Program-made: the position numbers and the translations under genes
Shown: positions 17,477-27,000 of the stretch, piece after piece
Numbering within the stretch: position 1 is the first letter of the stretch
Layout: each line of letters begins with the position of its first letter
Origin: a virus
Taxonomy: Duplodnaviria; Caudoviricetes
Reading direction: 5' to 3' (one strand)
IMG/VR virus record: IMGVR_UViG_3300032292_000722
Coordinates: 3,043-67,042 of that record
DNA length: 64,000 nucleotides
Notes under the pieces: model-generated
What the model was told of the DNA's origin: nothing
Seen by the model: only the letters and a program-made list of their open reading frames with translations
Databases searched by the model: none

Positions 17477-17637
17477 TTCTAGTTTGATTAATCTATTTTG
17501 TTATAGGTTTGGTTTAATTACCATTTTTTTGTTATTTCATCATCAATTTTAATCTGTATAAATATTACTATTATAAAAAATAGTATTAATAGTATTGCTG
17601 ACATAATTTATTTGTTTTCTAGTTTGATTAATCTATT
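17477..17637. repeat. 21-bp direct repeat TTCTAGTTTGATTAATCTATT (17477-97, 17617-37)
   Basis: Second copy encodes the fibre-2 C-terminus (NRLIKLE); first copy is an orphan duplicate 140 bp away. Confidence 0.85.
17518..17604 (-). CDS. 28-aa transmembrane microprotein
   Basis: MSAILLILFFIIVIFIQIKIDDEITKKW; ATG 3 nt after the fibre-2 stop. Confidence 0.45.
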   Translation of the reverse strand: MSAILLILFFIIVIFIQIKIDDEITKKW

Positions 17638-18735
17638 AGATAGTTCTTCGTTTTTAACTGATAGTTCTTGAATAGCCTTAGTTAATAAAGCAATCATATG
17701 TGGATACCCAATAGCATCTGGAGTGCCATCTACTGCATATTGAACAAATTCTGTTAAACCTAAATCGTGTAAATCTTCGGCTATTAAACCAGCAAATTGA
17801 ATACCATATTCTTTTTCATTTTTACTTTTATAATAAACTGGTCTTAATTTCATTACTTCAATTAAGCCTTTGTCATAATCTATTATATCAGTTTTATATT
17901 TTAATGAGGAAATTGCTCTACCAAATGAACCATCACTATTTATATAACCATTTGCAGCAGCTGAAAATTGATTATTATAAGTTGGTGGTGAAAATAAATA
18001 TCCATCACCTCTTACAATAAAATAAGATGTATTATTTGCTCCGTTTGCTATTTGAAAACAATAGTCGCCACTTCCATTTCCTGCTAATATCTTTAAACCA
18101 TAAGAATTACCATTACCTGTATTTGCATTTCTAATAATCATTCCCCAATCTGCAACAGGTGCTAAATATGTATTGATTTGTCCATTTGATTCAACAGTCA
18201 TTCTTACATCGTAATTTGAACCTGTACCAAATCTAACTTGTGATATTGCACCTAATCTTAATTTAGCACTTGAACCACCTGTTGCTAAAATGTCATTGTT
18301 TTCATTTCTTGTAAAAAACATTTCAGCACCACTTGATGTTAATTGAAAATTTCCTAAAGAACCAGCTAATTCAAATCTATAGGCAGGACTACTTGTACCA
18401 ATACCTACATTACCTGATGAGGTTATGGTCATTCTTCTTGAACCTCCAGCACCAAATACTAAATTACCAGAGGCATTATTATTCCAAATTGATATACAAC
18501 CTGCATCTCTACCATCATAACCAATATCTCCTACTTGAGTACCTGCCGAGTTTCTAAATGCTATATAATTATCTACACCTGTTGGAGTTAATCTTAATAC
18601 TTCTCCACTTCCAGTAATAGTTGTAGTAGAACCATCATCTTGTATTAAGCTATTGCCTATGGTTGTACCTGTGGCTTTGAGAATATAATTGGTAGTGGTC
18701 AGTGGCGCAGTAGCCAAAATTGTGTTTAAACTCAT
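17608..18735 (-). CDS. Tail fibre 2 with peptidase S74 intramolecular chaperone
   Basis: GNVGIGT repeats; SSLKYKTDI...LRPVYY...GLIAEDL...LTKAIQEL. Confidence 0.85.
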   Translation of the reverse strand: MSLNTILATAPLTTTNYILKATGTTIGNSLIQDDGSTTTITGSGEVLRLTPTGVDNYIAFRNSAGTQVGDIGYDGRDAGCISIWNNNASGNLVFGAGGSRRMTITSSGNVGIGTSSPAYRFELAGSLGNFQLTSSGAEMFFTRNENNDILATGGSSAKLRLGAISQVRFGTGSNYDVRMTVESNGQINTYLAPVADWGMIIRNANTGNGNSYGLKILAGNGSGDYCFQIANGANNTSYFIVRGDGYLFSPPTYNNQFSAAANGYINSDGSFGRAISSLKYKTDIIDYDKGLIEVMKLRPVYYKSKNEKEYGIQFAGLIAEDLHDLGLTEFVQYAVDGTPDAIGYPHMIALLTKAIQELSVKNEELSNRLIKLENK

Positions 18736-18747
18736 CGTGTTTTATAT

Positions 18748-21700
18748 TTATTTTGTAGCTACAATTTTTTCTAATTCAATTATTTTGGTATTCATCTCTT
18801 GAATAGCTTTTACTAATACAGGAACTATTAATGAATAATCTACTCCTTGCATTCTTTCGCCATCCTTTTCTCCAACAACTGCATAAGGTATAATCTCTTG
18901 TAATTCGTGTGCAATTACACCATCCATTCTATGTTCAGTATTCTTAAATTTAAAATCATAAACTTTAATAGCAGAAATCTTTTCTAAACCTTTTATATCT
19001 TTGAAATCTTCTTTAATTCTATAATCAGAAGAAGTTGCATAAGTAGTATTTACTCCATTATTTGATGTTATACTACCTGTATCAGATGCACCTGCTGTAA
19101 ATAAATGATAGTAATAAGTACCACCATTACTTATTCCAACTGATTTAAAACAAAAACCACCGCTAACTGTTTGTTGTACTAAAACTCCATCTTGATTGGT
19201 TGTAGTAATTTGCATTCTAGCATTTTCACCACCTGATGCAGTTCTATTAATAAATACAAGACCTCCACTTGTAATAGCCATTTTTTGACTTCCATCTATA
19301 AACCATCTATACCCTAAAGTATTTGAATTATGAAAACATAAATCACCAGAAGCAATAATTGTATTTACACCTATTGTATGTTCATAAGCAGTACCAAAAA
19401 TGCCTGCTATTTTTAATCCACAATCCTCACTTCCTACATTATTTTTTATTCTAACAAATACATTATTTGAAGTAGGACTTGTATTTTGGATATCTACTGA
19501 TAGTGTTGAATCAACAGCTGCTGTACCAATTCCAAGCTGACCAGAACTAGTAATACGCATTCTTTCTGCAGGTCCTACTGCTGATTTATATGTTCCGAAG
19601 GTTAGTGCTACATCATAACCTCCAGCTGATGTTTCTGTCGCAATAGTTGCTGCATTATCCCCAATTCCAAAGTTGGCATTAGGAGCGAATGTAATTTGAG
19701 AACCTGTACCTGAAGCATTTGTATTTTGAATAAATAAAGGCTTAGATGTCCCAGCAACTGAGCTAACTAAATTTAACAAAGCAGTTGGACTTGTAGTTCC
19801 AATTCCCACATTTGTACCATTATCATAAATCAAACTATTACCAATTGCAGAGCTTGAGCTAAACTTAGCTACATAATTTGTTGTTCCACTACCACCAATT
19901 CCACTATAAGCTCCTACTGAATAAGAGTAAGCATAAACTACTACTATATCATTTAATTGACAAGCTGTTGCTAATATTATACTTGTACCATTGGTCGCAG
20001 TATATTCACTTTGAGCTAGATTTGAACCATTATAAAACACATCTATTAATCCTTGAGTATAACTAACACTAAATGTAGTTTGTGCAGCTGTCGCAGTAAA
20101 AGTAGTTATAGTTCTTAATGCGTTTGTTGGTAAATATGCCGTTAATAAATTATCAATCTCAACAATGTTACCAGCCGCCAAACCCGCTGCCATAACCACT
20201 GTTGTACCATCTGTCGCAGTAAAATCAGTACCATTAACAAACTTAACTCCATTCACAAACACATCTACCATTCCAAGATTGTAACCATTGGTAACAGTAA
20301 AAGTTGTTTGACCCGAAGTCGATGTAAAAGTCTGAACCGCTCTCGCTGATGTTGTTGAATTACCGCTTGTTCCTGAAGACCCTGATGTACCCGTTGAACC
20401 TGATGTGGCTGAAGTTCCAGAAGTACCTGTAGTACCCGATGTACCCGAAGTAGCTGACGTACCTGAAGTTCCCGTAGTACCCGCCGTTCCTGACGAACCC
20501 GATGTACCTGTAGTACCCGCCGTACCCGAAGTTCCTGACGAACCCGCTGAACCGCTTGAACCCGTTCCACCACTTGTTCCCGAAGAACCCGATGTACCAT
20601 CTGAACCAGACAAACCTGAAGACCCTGTTCCACCACTTGTTCCCGAGCTACCACTAGACCCTGATGTACCAGATGTTGTACCTACTGCTACACCAATTTG
20701 TTTTATGTTGGTAATTATTGAAGGAGCTGCTGGTATTGTTCCTGTTGCAGCTACTGCTGTTACTTGTACATCAGATGCATTTGCTTGAAAATAAACTTCA
20801 TAATAATCATTAGCATTTGCACTATCAATAATAGAAACGAATGGTAACTGCTTTGCACTTTGGCTTCTTAAACCTAAGATAGAATCAGTTCTAATAATAT
20901 TAGTACCATTTTTCCTTAACCAAATATTAACATCTGCACCTCCACCACCTGTATGTTCAATTTGTAATGAATATGCTATTTCATAGATACCAGTATGTTG
21001 AACAGTAATCTGTGAACCACTGAAAACAATACCATTACTATATTCATCATTTGTGTATGTGATTGCTGTTGGCGTATTTGCCGCTGTAACCACTTGAGTA
21101 GCTGTACTTGTAAACGCACCATACCAGTTAGCAATAGAAGCTCCTGATGAACCATCGATACCATTACGACCAGTAGTTCCTGAAGTACCCGATGTAGCTG
21201 ATGAACCCGAAGTTCCTGTCGTTCCCGATGAACCCGAAGTTCCTGTTGTTCCCGAAGTTGCCGAAGTTCCTGAGCTACCGCTTGACCCTGATGAGCCTGA
21301 CGTACCAGTCGTTCCCGATGTACCCGTAGTACCCGATGTACCCGAAGACCCTGTAGTTCCCGATGTTCCCGCTGTAGCAGAAGTACCTGAAGTACCTGAG
21401 CTACCATCTCCTCCACTTGCACCATCTAAGTTAACAGACCAAGCAGAATAAGTTCCGCTACCTACTGTTCTAGTTGGAGCTGCGAATGATAAAGAACCTG
21501 TTGCTGGATTATAAGCTGTAACCTCACACTCTTGGAAGTTGGTTGCGTCATAAACCACAATGATAGATTGAGCTACTGTATATGCTAATTGAGTACCTAC
21601 AGTTAAAGTTCCTGCATTACCCAATGTAAATGTTGTCGATGAAGTTGTGGCGTATCTGTCACCTTGTAAACCGCTTGTACCCGATGTTCCTGATGTTGCA

Positions 21701-22305
21701 GATGTTCCCGAAGTACCTGTCGTTCCCGATGTCGCTGAAGTCCCTGAGCTGCCTGATGTCCCCGAAGTTCCTGTTGTACCCGCAGTCCCTGAAGAACCCG
21801 CTGTGCCTGAAGTTCCCGTAGTACCCGAAGTCGCAGATGTGCCTGAAGAACCTGCCGTACCCGATGTTCCCGAAGTACCTGAAGTTCCCCCTGTACCATC
21901 TGTGGCTGATGTACCCGAAGTACCTGAAGTACCCGCTGTTGCCGATGTGCCTGAAGTTCCTGAAGAACCTGTTGTACCCGATGTTCCCGTTGTACCCGCC
22001 GTTCCAGAAGTGCCTGAAGTTCCTGCTGTCCCATCAGTTGCTGATGTACCCGATGTTCCTGATGAACCCGTTGTACCCGAAGTGCCTGAGCTGCCCGATG
22101 TACCTGTCGTTCCAGAGCTGCCCGAAGTTCCTGAAGTACCCGATGTACCCGATGTCGCTGATGTTCCCGAAGAACCAGAAGAGCCTGCCGTTCCAGAACT
22201 ACCTGATGAGAAGCTCGTAGCGGTTACAATACCATCAGTGGCTACAAGGACGCCATTAAGACCTCTTACCTTTAAATCGCCTGAAATTAATCCTTGTATT
22301 GCCAT
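18748..22305 (-). CDS. Long tail fibre 1 with Gly-Thr-Ser repeats and S74 chaperone
   Basis: Three (G-T/S-S/T)n blocks, GQTTF repeats, NVGIGT, SSDYRIKED...GVIAHELQE. Confidence 0.85.
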   Translation of the reverse strand: MAIQGLISGDLKVRGLNGVLVATDGIVTATSFSSGSSGTAGSSGSSGTSATSGTSGTSGTSGSSGTTGTSGSSGTSGTTGSSGTSGTSATDGTAGTSGTSGTAGTTGTSGTTGSSGTSGTSATAGTSGTSGTSATDGTGGTSGTSGTSGTAGSSGTSATSGTTGTSGTAGSSGTAGTTGTSGTSGSSGTSATSGTTGTSGTSATSGTSGTSGLQGDRYATTSSTTFTLGNAGTLTVGTQLAYTVAQSIIVVYDATNFQECEVTAYNPATGSLSFAAPTRTVGSGTYSAWSVNLDGASGGDGSSGTSGTSATAGTSGTTGSSGTSGTTGTSGTTGTSGSSGSSGSSGTSATSGTTGTSGSSGTTGTSGSSATSGTSGTTGRNGIDGSSGASIANWYGAFTSTATQVVTAANTPTAITYTNDEYSNGIVFSGSQITVQHTGIYEIAYSLQIEHTGGGGADVNIWLRKNGTNIIRTDSILGLRSQSAKQLPFVSIIDSANANDYYEVYFQANASDVQVTAVAATGTIPAAPSIITNIKQIGVAVGTTSGTSGSSGSSGTSGGTGSSGLSGSDGTSGSSGTSGGTGSSGSAGSSGTSGTAGTTGTSGSSGTAGTTGTSGTSATSGTSGTTGTSGTSATSGSTGTSGSSGTSGNSTTSARAVQTFTSTSGQTTFTVTNGYNLGMVDVFVNGVKFVNGTDFTATDGTTVVMAAGLAAGNIVEIDNLLTAYLPTNALRTITTFTATAAQTTFSVSYTQGLIDVFYNGSNLAQSEYTATNGTSIILATACQLNDIVVVYAYSYSVGAYSGIGGSGTTNYVAKFSSSSAIGNSLIYDNGTNVGIGTTSPTALLNLVSSVAGTSKPLFIQNTNASGTGSQITFAPNANFGIGDNAATIATETSAGGYDVALTFGTYKSAVGPAERMRITSSGQLGIGTAAVDSTLSVDIQNTSPTSNNVFVRIKNNVGSEDCGLKIAGIFGTAYEHTIGVNTIIASGDLCFHNSNTLGYRWFIDGSQKMAITSGGLVFINRTASGGENARMQITTTNQDGVLVQQTVSGGFCFKSVGISNGGTYYYHLFTAGASDTGSITSNNGVNTTYATSSDYRIKEDFKDIKGLEKISAIKVYDFKFKNTEHRMDGVIAHELQEIIPYAVVGEKDGERMQGVDYSLIVPVLVKAIQEMNTKIIELEKIVATK
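20350..22210 (-). repeat. Three blocks of degenerate 9-bp-period repeats encoding Gly-X-Y (about 20350-20680, 21130-21420, 21670-22210)
   Basis: Gly at every third residue, X/Y mostly Thr/Ser; synonymous codon variation. Confidence 0.85.
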
Positions 22306-22306
22306 C

Positions 22307-22822
22307 TTAAACGTATTTAAATTTTGTTGTATTCTTTAATTCCCCATTCAGCTTTCTATATAAATGTTTCTTAGTAACTCCAATTGTATTAGCTGCTGCT
22401 TGCACTCCTTCATAAAAAACTCCTGTTTCTGTATCTAATACAATTTTATTAAAAACAAAACCATTTTTTGCTCCGAAATCTCTTGCCGCTATTCTACCAC
22501 TTTCTCTAACTGCTTCACTAATTGGTCTTAATCCTATATCAAATGAATGCTGAATGTTTTCTGATTGAGTCATCCATTCCAAATTACATAGCATATTGTT
22601 TGCTTTATTACCATCCATATGGTTTACTTGCTCTTTGTTTTCTGGATTTGGGATATATGTTTGCGCCACTAATCTATGTACTCTATGCGTTTTACTTCCT
22701 ATTTTGACATAAACATAACCATCTGGTCTTTTAGTAGTTTTCATAAACCTCATAGTTTTCAATGAAAAAACTCTACCCTCAACAGTTACTAAATAGTCTA
22801 AATTGTCTTTTATCTGGCGCAT
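22307..22822 (-). mobile_element. Free-standing HNH homing endonuclease (NUMOD4-HNH type)
   Basis: YLVTVEGRVFS, HRVHRLVAQTYIPNP..K.QVNH.DGNK.NN...NLEW.T..EN..H. Confidence 0.85.
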
Positions 22823-22826
22823 AATA

Positions 22827-23354
22827 TTATTTAACTAGTATTCTAACAAATTCATTTAAGTAAAAAGGTACAGTAGATGCAACAGTTAAAGTTCCTGTTG
22901 ATGATGTCCATAATACTTGGTTTCCAGTTGGTGTGCCTGAAGTAAGGATGGCACCAACGTCTATTCCACCTCTTGATGCGTAAAGTAAAGTTGTATTTAC
23001 TGCTTCAGAGAATGTGATGCTAGCTGTTCCTTCTACTGCGAACTTAGAGTATTCACGAACGCCTTGTCCACCACCGCCCGGTACTACACTACCACCAGAG
23101 CTACCATTAGCTAATATTTCTTGTGCTATTGCTACTTTAGCCCCACAAAGAGCAAAGACGTAATTACTTACGCCGGGTACAGTGCTTATATTTTGGTCAA
23201 GACCATAATTCAAAGCTTTCCACTCCATATATAATTGAACTGCTTTTCTTGGGTCTATGGTGCCATTAAAAAATCCTTTTTCCTTTGGAATTGCATCATT
23301 CCATAAGTATTCAGATATTTTAGCTATTGATAATACTTGTGCTGGTGTTGGCAT
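22827..23354 (-). CDS. Putative virion/tail protein
   Basis: 175-aa ORF in the structural operon. Confidence 0.6.
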   Translation of the reverse strand: MPTPAQVLSIAKISEYLWNDAIPKEKGFFNGTIDPRKAVQLYMEWKALNYGLDQNISTVPGVSNYVFALCGAKVAIAQEILANGSSGGSVVPGGGGQGVREYSKFAVEGTASITFSEAVNTTLLYASRGGIDVGAILTSGTPTGNQVLWTSSTGTLTVASTVPFYLNEFVRILVK

Positions 23355-23364
23355 TACTATTTAT

Positions 23365-23883
23365 TTAGAAGAAATAACTTTGGTTTGTACTAATGAATGT
23401 CGCTCTGTTTAAAGCTGCTTGCGCACTGAAGATATCAGATGCAAAAGATATAGCTTGATATGCAGAATCTAATTCTACTCTAAGTATCATTTTTGTTTGA
23501 TACCAGTTAGTGCTTGCTGTTAGATTTGCATTTGCTACTTGGCTTTCAGTTAAACCATAATAGAAAGTTTCATTGTATGCTGTAAAGGCAAAGGATGTGG
23601 TTTTATTCGCCACCACCACATTTGCAGCTGTTAACCATTCAACAGTAACACTCAATGCTGTATCTTGAATTAATACATTTAAGCTAGTGGTTACATCCAC
23701 CAAAGCCCAATCAATATAATTAGTAGTAGTTCCTGCTGGTACTAAATAAGTACCATTTGATTGCAATAGATAAATTCTACGCTTAGTAATAGTTACATCT
23801 GAACCCGTTGAGGTATCAGTTAAAAAAATTAAATTAGGCGTGCCGCTATTCTGGGATGCGGTGAAATTTGGGGAGAGAGGCAT
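23365..23883 (-). CDS. Putative virion protein with N-terminal Ig/PKD-like strand pattern
   Basis: PNFTAS...FLTDTSTG pattern typical of PKD domain starts. Confidence 0.55.
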   Translation of the reverse strand: MPLSPNFTASQNSGTPNLIFLTDTSTGSDVTITKRRIYLLQSNGTYLVPAGTTTNYIDWALVDVTTSLNVLIQDTALSVTVEWLTAANVVVANKTTSFAFTAYNETFYYGLTESQVANANLTASTNWYQTKMILRVELDSAYQAISFASDIFSAQAALNRATFISTNQSYFF

Positions 23884-23900
23884 TATATTAAAATTTTACC

Positions 23901-23908
23901 CAAATATA
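23901..23908 (-). promoter_or_regulatory. -7 box TATATTTG
   Basis: CAAATATA upstream of 23883. Confidence 0.55.
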
Positions 23909-23925
23909 AGAAATTTATGGCTATA

Positions 23926-24090
23926 TTAGCCCATTTTTATTTTCTTCATAGCCCGAAGCTTGGTAACTCTTTCAGGAAGATTTTTACCCTTACTTGCTTT
24001 GTTCCATTCATCTACATTTACTCCTTTTCTTTCTAGCTCCTTTTTATGGATATTAAAGTAGGCTTCCTGAGCCTTTGATTTGTATGGCAT
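23926..24090 (-). CDS. 54-aa basic conserved phage microprotein
   Basis: MPYKSKAQEAYFNIHKKEL...; MP(F/Y)KSKAQ start is common in aquatic phages. Confidence 0.7.
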   Translation of the reverse strand: MPYKSKAQEAYFNIHKKELERKGVNVDEWNKASKGKNLPERVTKLRAMKKIKMG

Positions 24091-24095
24091 TATCT

Positions 24096-27000
24096 TTAAT
24101 TTGGAATTTTCTTTAAATTTTCAATTATCTTACCTCTTAAACTATCATATTTTTGACCACGCAATCTTTTGGTTATTTCATTTATTCTTTTTGCCTTTTC
24201 TTCTTTAGATACATTTTGTCTAAGTCCGGGAATACCAAGTTCAAATTGTTCCCATGCCCTATCAAGTGTTTCCCCTGAAGGACGTCTTTTAATAACTTCT
24301 CCCATAGGATAGAATCCTTTACCTTCTTTAGTATCAAAAGATGTTGCAGCAGTTTTAATAAGTCCGGGTTCTACCATGTCTGCTATTTTTTTAGCCATAA
24401 TATCACTTGCTTTATCTGTAAAATCAACATCTTTTTTCTTAGGATTTGCTATGTCTGTTACTAGTTTACCAAGTTGAACAGATGCACCATATTGTAAAAA
24501 ATTTAAAAATGGATTATTAGCTGCTATTTCAGCATCTGCTTCAATATAAGATTTTATAAAAGATTGGTCTTTTTCCTTTTTTTTATGTGCCGTTTCTGCT
24601 CCACTAATTATACTTTCATATTCAGGAATATGGACTAAAACTTTTGGAACATGTACACCCATAATTTCATATGACCCGTCCTCATTTTTCTCAATTTCTT
24701 TGTACGCATAATATCCTAAAGCATAAAACGCCATACCCATAGTTCCTAACTGTAACGATTTACCTAATAATTCAGCTTGAGCTTCTGTTAAATTTTCAGT
24801 TCCCTTAAATATAAGTTGTGCGATGCCCGGATATGATTCTCCTCCTAAGCCCGGTAATTTACCTTTGCCTTTAGTTTCAGTTTCTGATTTACCCAATAAA
24901 CTTCTTATTATGCCATATTTAGTAGCAAAAGCTCTTCCTACCCAGTTAACAGGGATTTTTACAATTGGCAATTCTGATTGAGCAATTTTTCCAACTAACC
25001 CTGTATTTTGAGTAAATTGTCTAAATTTATCAACAAATTTATTGTCATTCATTAAAATAGCCCATTTACCATGTAATAACGCTAATCTATTTATTTTTTC
25101 AATTACATCTTCATTAGTTACATCATAACTATCATATTCTTCTTGTAATGCTTTTTTCTGTTTTTTGGTTAAATTAGGCTCATCCAACTTTTCAGTAATT
25201 TCAGCCATTTTAGTTAAATTATATACCATTTGTTGTTCATGAGCATATACAAACTCAGGATTTTTAATAAAAGATTTAATGAATCCATGTGAACGTCCCG
25301 GTATTTCAAGAAAACTTCCTGATGCATTAAGCTCATCGTACATTATTGGTCTACCGTATAATAATTCTTTAGTATCAACACCAGACATTATTTCTTTAAA
25401 ATTAGTAGAAGAAAAGTTTCTAATCCATTCTGAATAATATTTAGCTATAGAACTCCATTTTGGGTCACCCCAAATAGATTGTTTTTCTCTAATGCTTTTT
25501 GGAGTTAAACCATAAACTAATTTACCAATTGCAAATTTTAAAGGTTTTAAAGCAATTAATTGATGCGCAACAACTGCCGATAATTTAACCATTGTTATAG
25601 GATAAGATAATACAGCAGCTCTTTGCCATCTTAATAATTTATCCCCAATTCTTTCTACTATTGGCTCATTCCCCAACATATCTTGGCGTCTTCCTTCTTG
25701 CCATTTAAATTGTTGCTTTGCTACTTCTTTTTGTGCCAATTCATATTTTTCTACCCTTTCTCTTAAAGTACCCTTAGATTTATCTAGTGATTTTTTTATA
25801 TTATTGTATTGAGCAGATAATAACATTGGTTCTAATTGTCCTGCTTTATTTACTCTAGTTAAAATGTGGTTTATTACATCTTCTTTTGTAAAATCTGGCA
25901 ATACGTCTTTTATATCTTCTAATACATTTTGTACTAATTCGTCAAATTTAACAATACCTTGGTAAACTTTTTCAGCTGCTATTTTAGATAATTCAACAGC
26001 AATTTTAGGGTCAAAACCAGCTGTTGCTTGACCACCTAATTTTTTTAAATTATCTAATGCCTTCGTAACTCTTTCATTAGATTTCTTAATTGTTTCACTA
26101 GTTTTTTCTGCTCTTTCTGCTTTTTTTACTTCATTTGATTTTTCCTGCAAATCTTTTAGTTTTTGATTTTCAATCATTAACTTAGCAGTTTCTTCTCTAG
26201 ATTTCTCTAAATCTAATTTAGCTTCTTCTAATTTTGCTCTAGATTCTTTTATTTGATTATAAGCGTCTTTTACTTCTTGCTCTTGCTCTGGTGTTAATTC
26301 ATCAATACCTTTTGATGCTTTATATTCATCCATCATATCAAGTATTGTAAGTTCTTTATTAACCCACAATTGTCTTAATCTAAAAATAGTACTTGCTGTA
26401 CGACCAATTTGTTTATTAGCCATTGCATTGTCCATCATTTCATTTTGAACTTGTAATATTTCCTTTTGATATTCTTGTATTTTTTTAGGATTCTTGGTGT
26501 TAATAATCTCTTGCTGCAGTTCATTTTCTCTTCCTTTTAATCTAGCTAAATCATACATTAAGATAGCTTGGTCAAATTCATTACCTTGCTTAGTTGTTAA
26601 TAATCTTTCTCTAGTTTCTCTAGCTAAATTTGGATTTAATTTAATTTTATCTTTAACTTTTTGAATTACATTTTCCAAGTTAGTATCTTCCAATTTAGAT
26701 GTAATTTGGTCTAAAGCATCTAATCCAAATTTATTACCAACAAATGCATCATTTACAACATTTGCCATTTTGATATAACTATCATCTGCTCCTTCAGGAA
26801 TAAAAACTTCTGTAGGTTTTTTAGATATATCTTCAGATAATATTTTCTTTTTAGCCTTAAACTCGCTTTTACCTAAAATATCATCAAACATCTTTTTTAA
26901 TTCAGGAGTCAATTCTTTTCCTGTCAAAGAATTATATACTGATTTAAAAGCTTCAGTTATTGTTTGTAATACTTTTTGGAATTCTGCACTAAATCCTTTT

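Noticed and set aside
21283-22215. Further CTGATGA hits as hammerhead cores (about 21286, 22203; also TCATCAG at about 47222)
   Set aside because: Inside coding sequence with no matching GAAA and stem arrangement
16018-22305. Diversity-generating retroelement acting on the fibres
   Set aside because: No reverse transcriptase and no template/variable repeat pair differing at adenines; the only repeat found is a 21-bp exact duplicate
20265-22339. Long VPEVP/VPDVP ORFs on + and RVLQ ORFs in alternate - frames
   Set aside because: Shadow frames of the Gly-Thr-Ser repeats in the fibre gene
22307-22822. Group I intron around the HNH gene
   Set aside because: Flanking genes are complete and abut within 1-4 nt, leaving no room for an intron core
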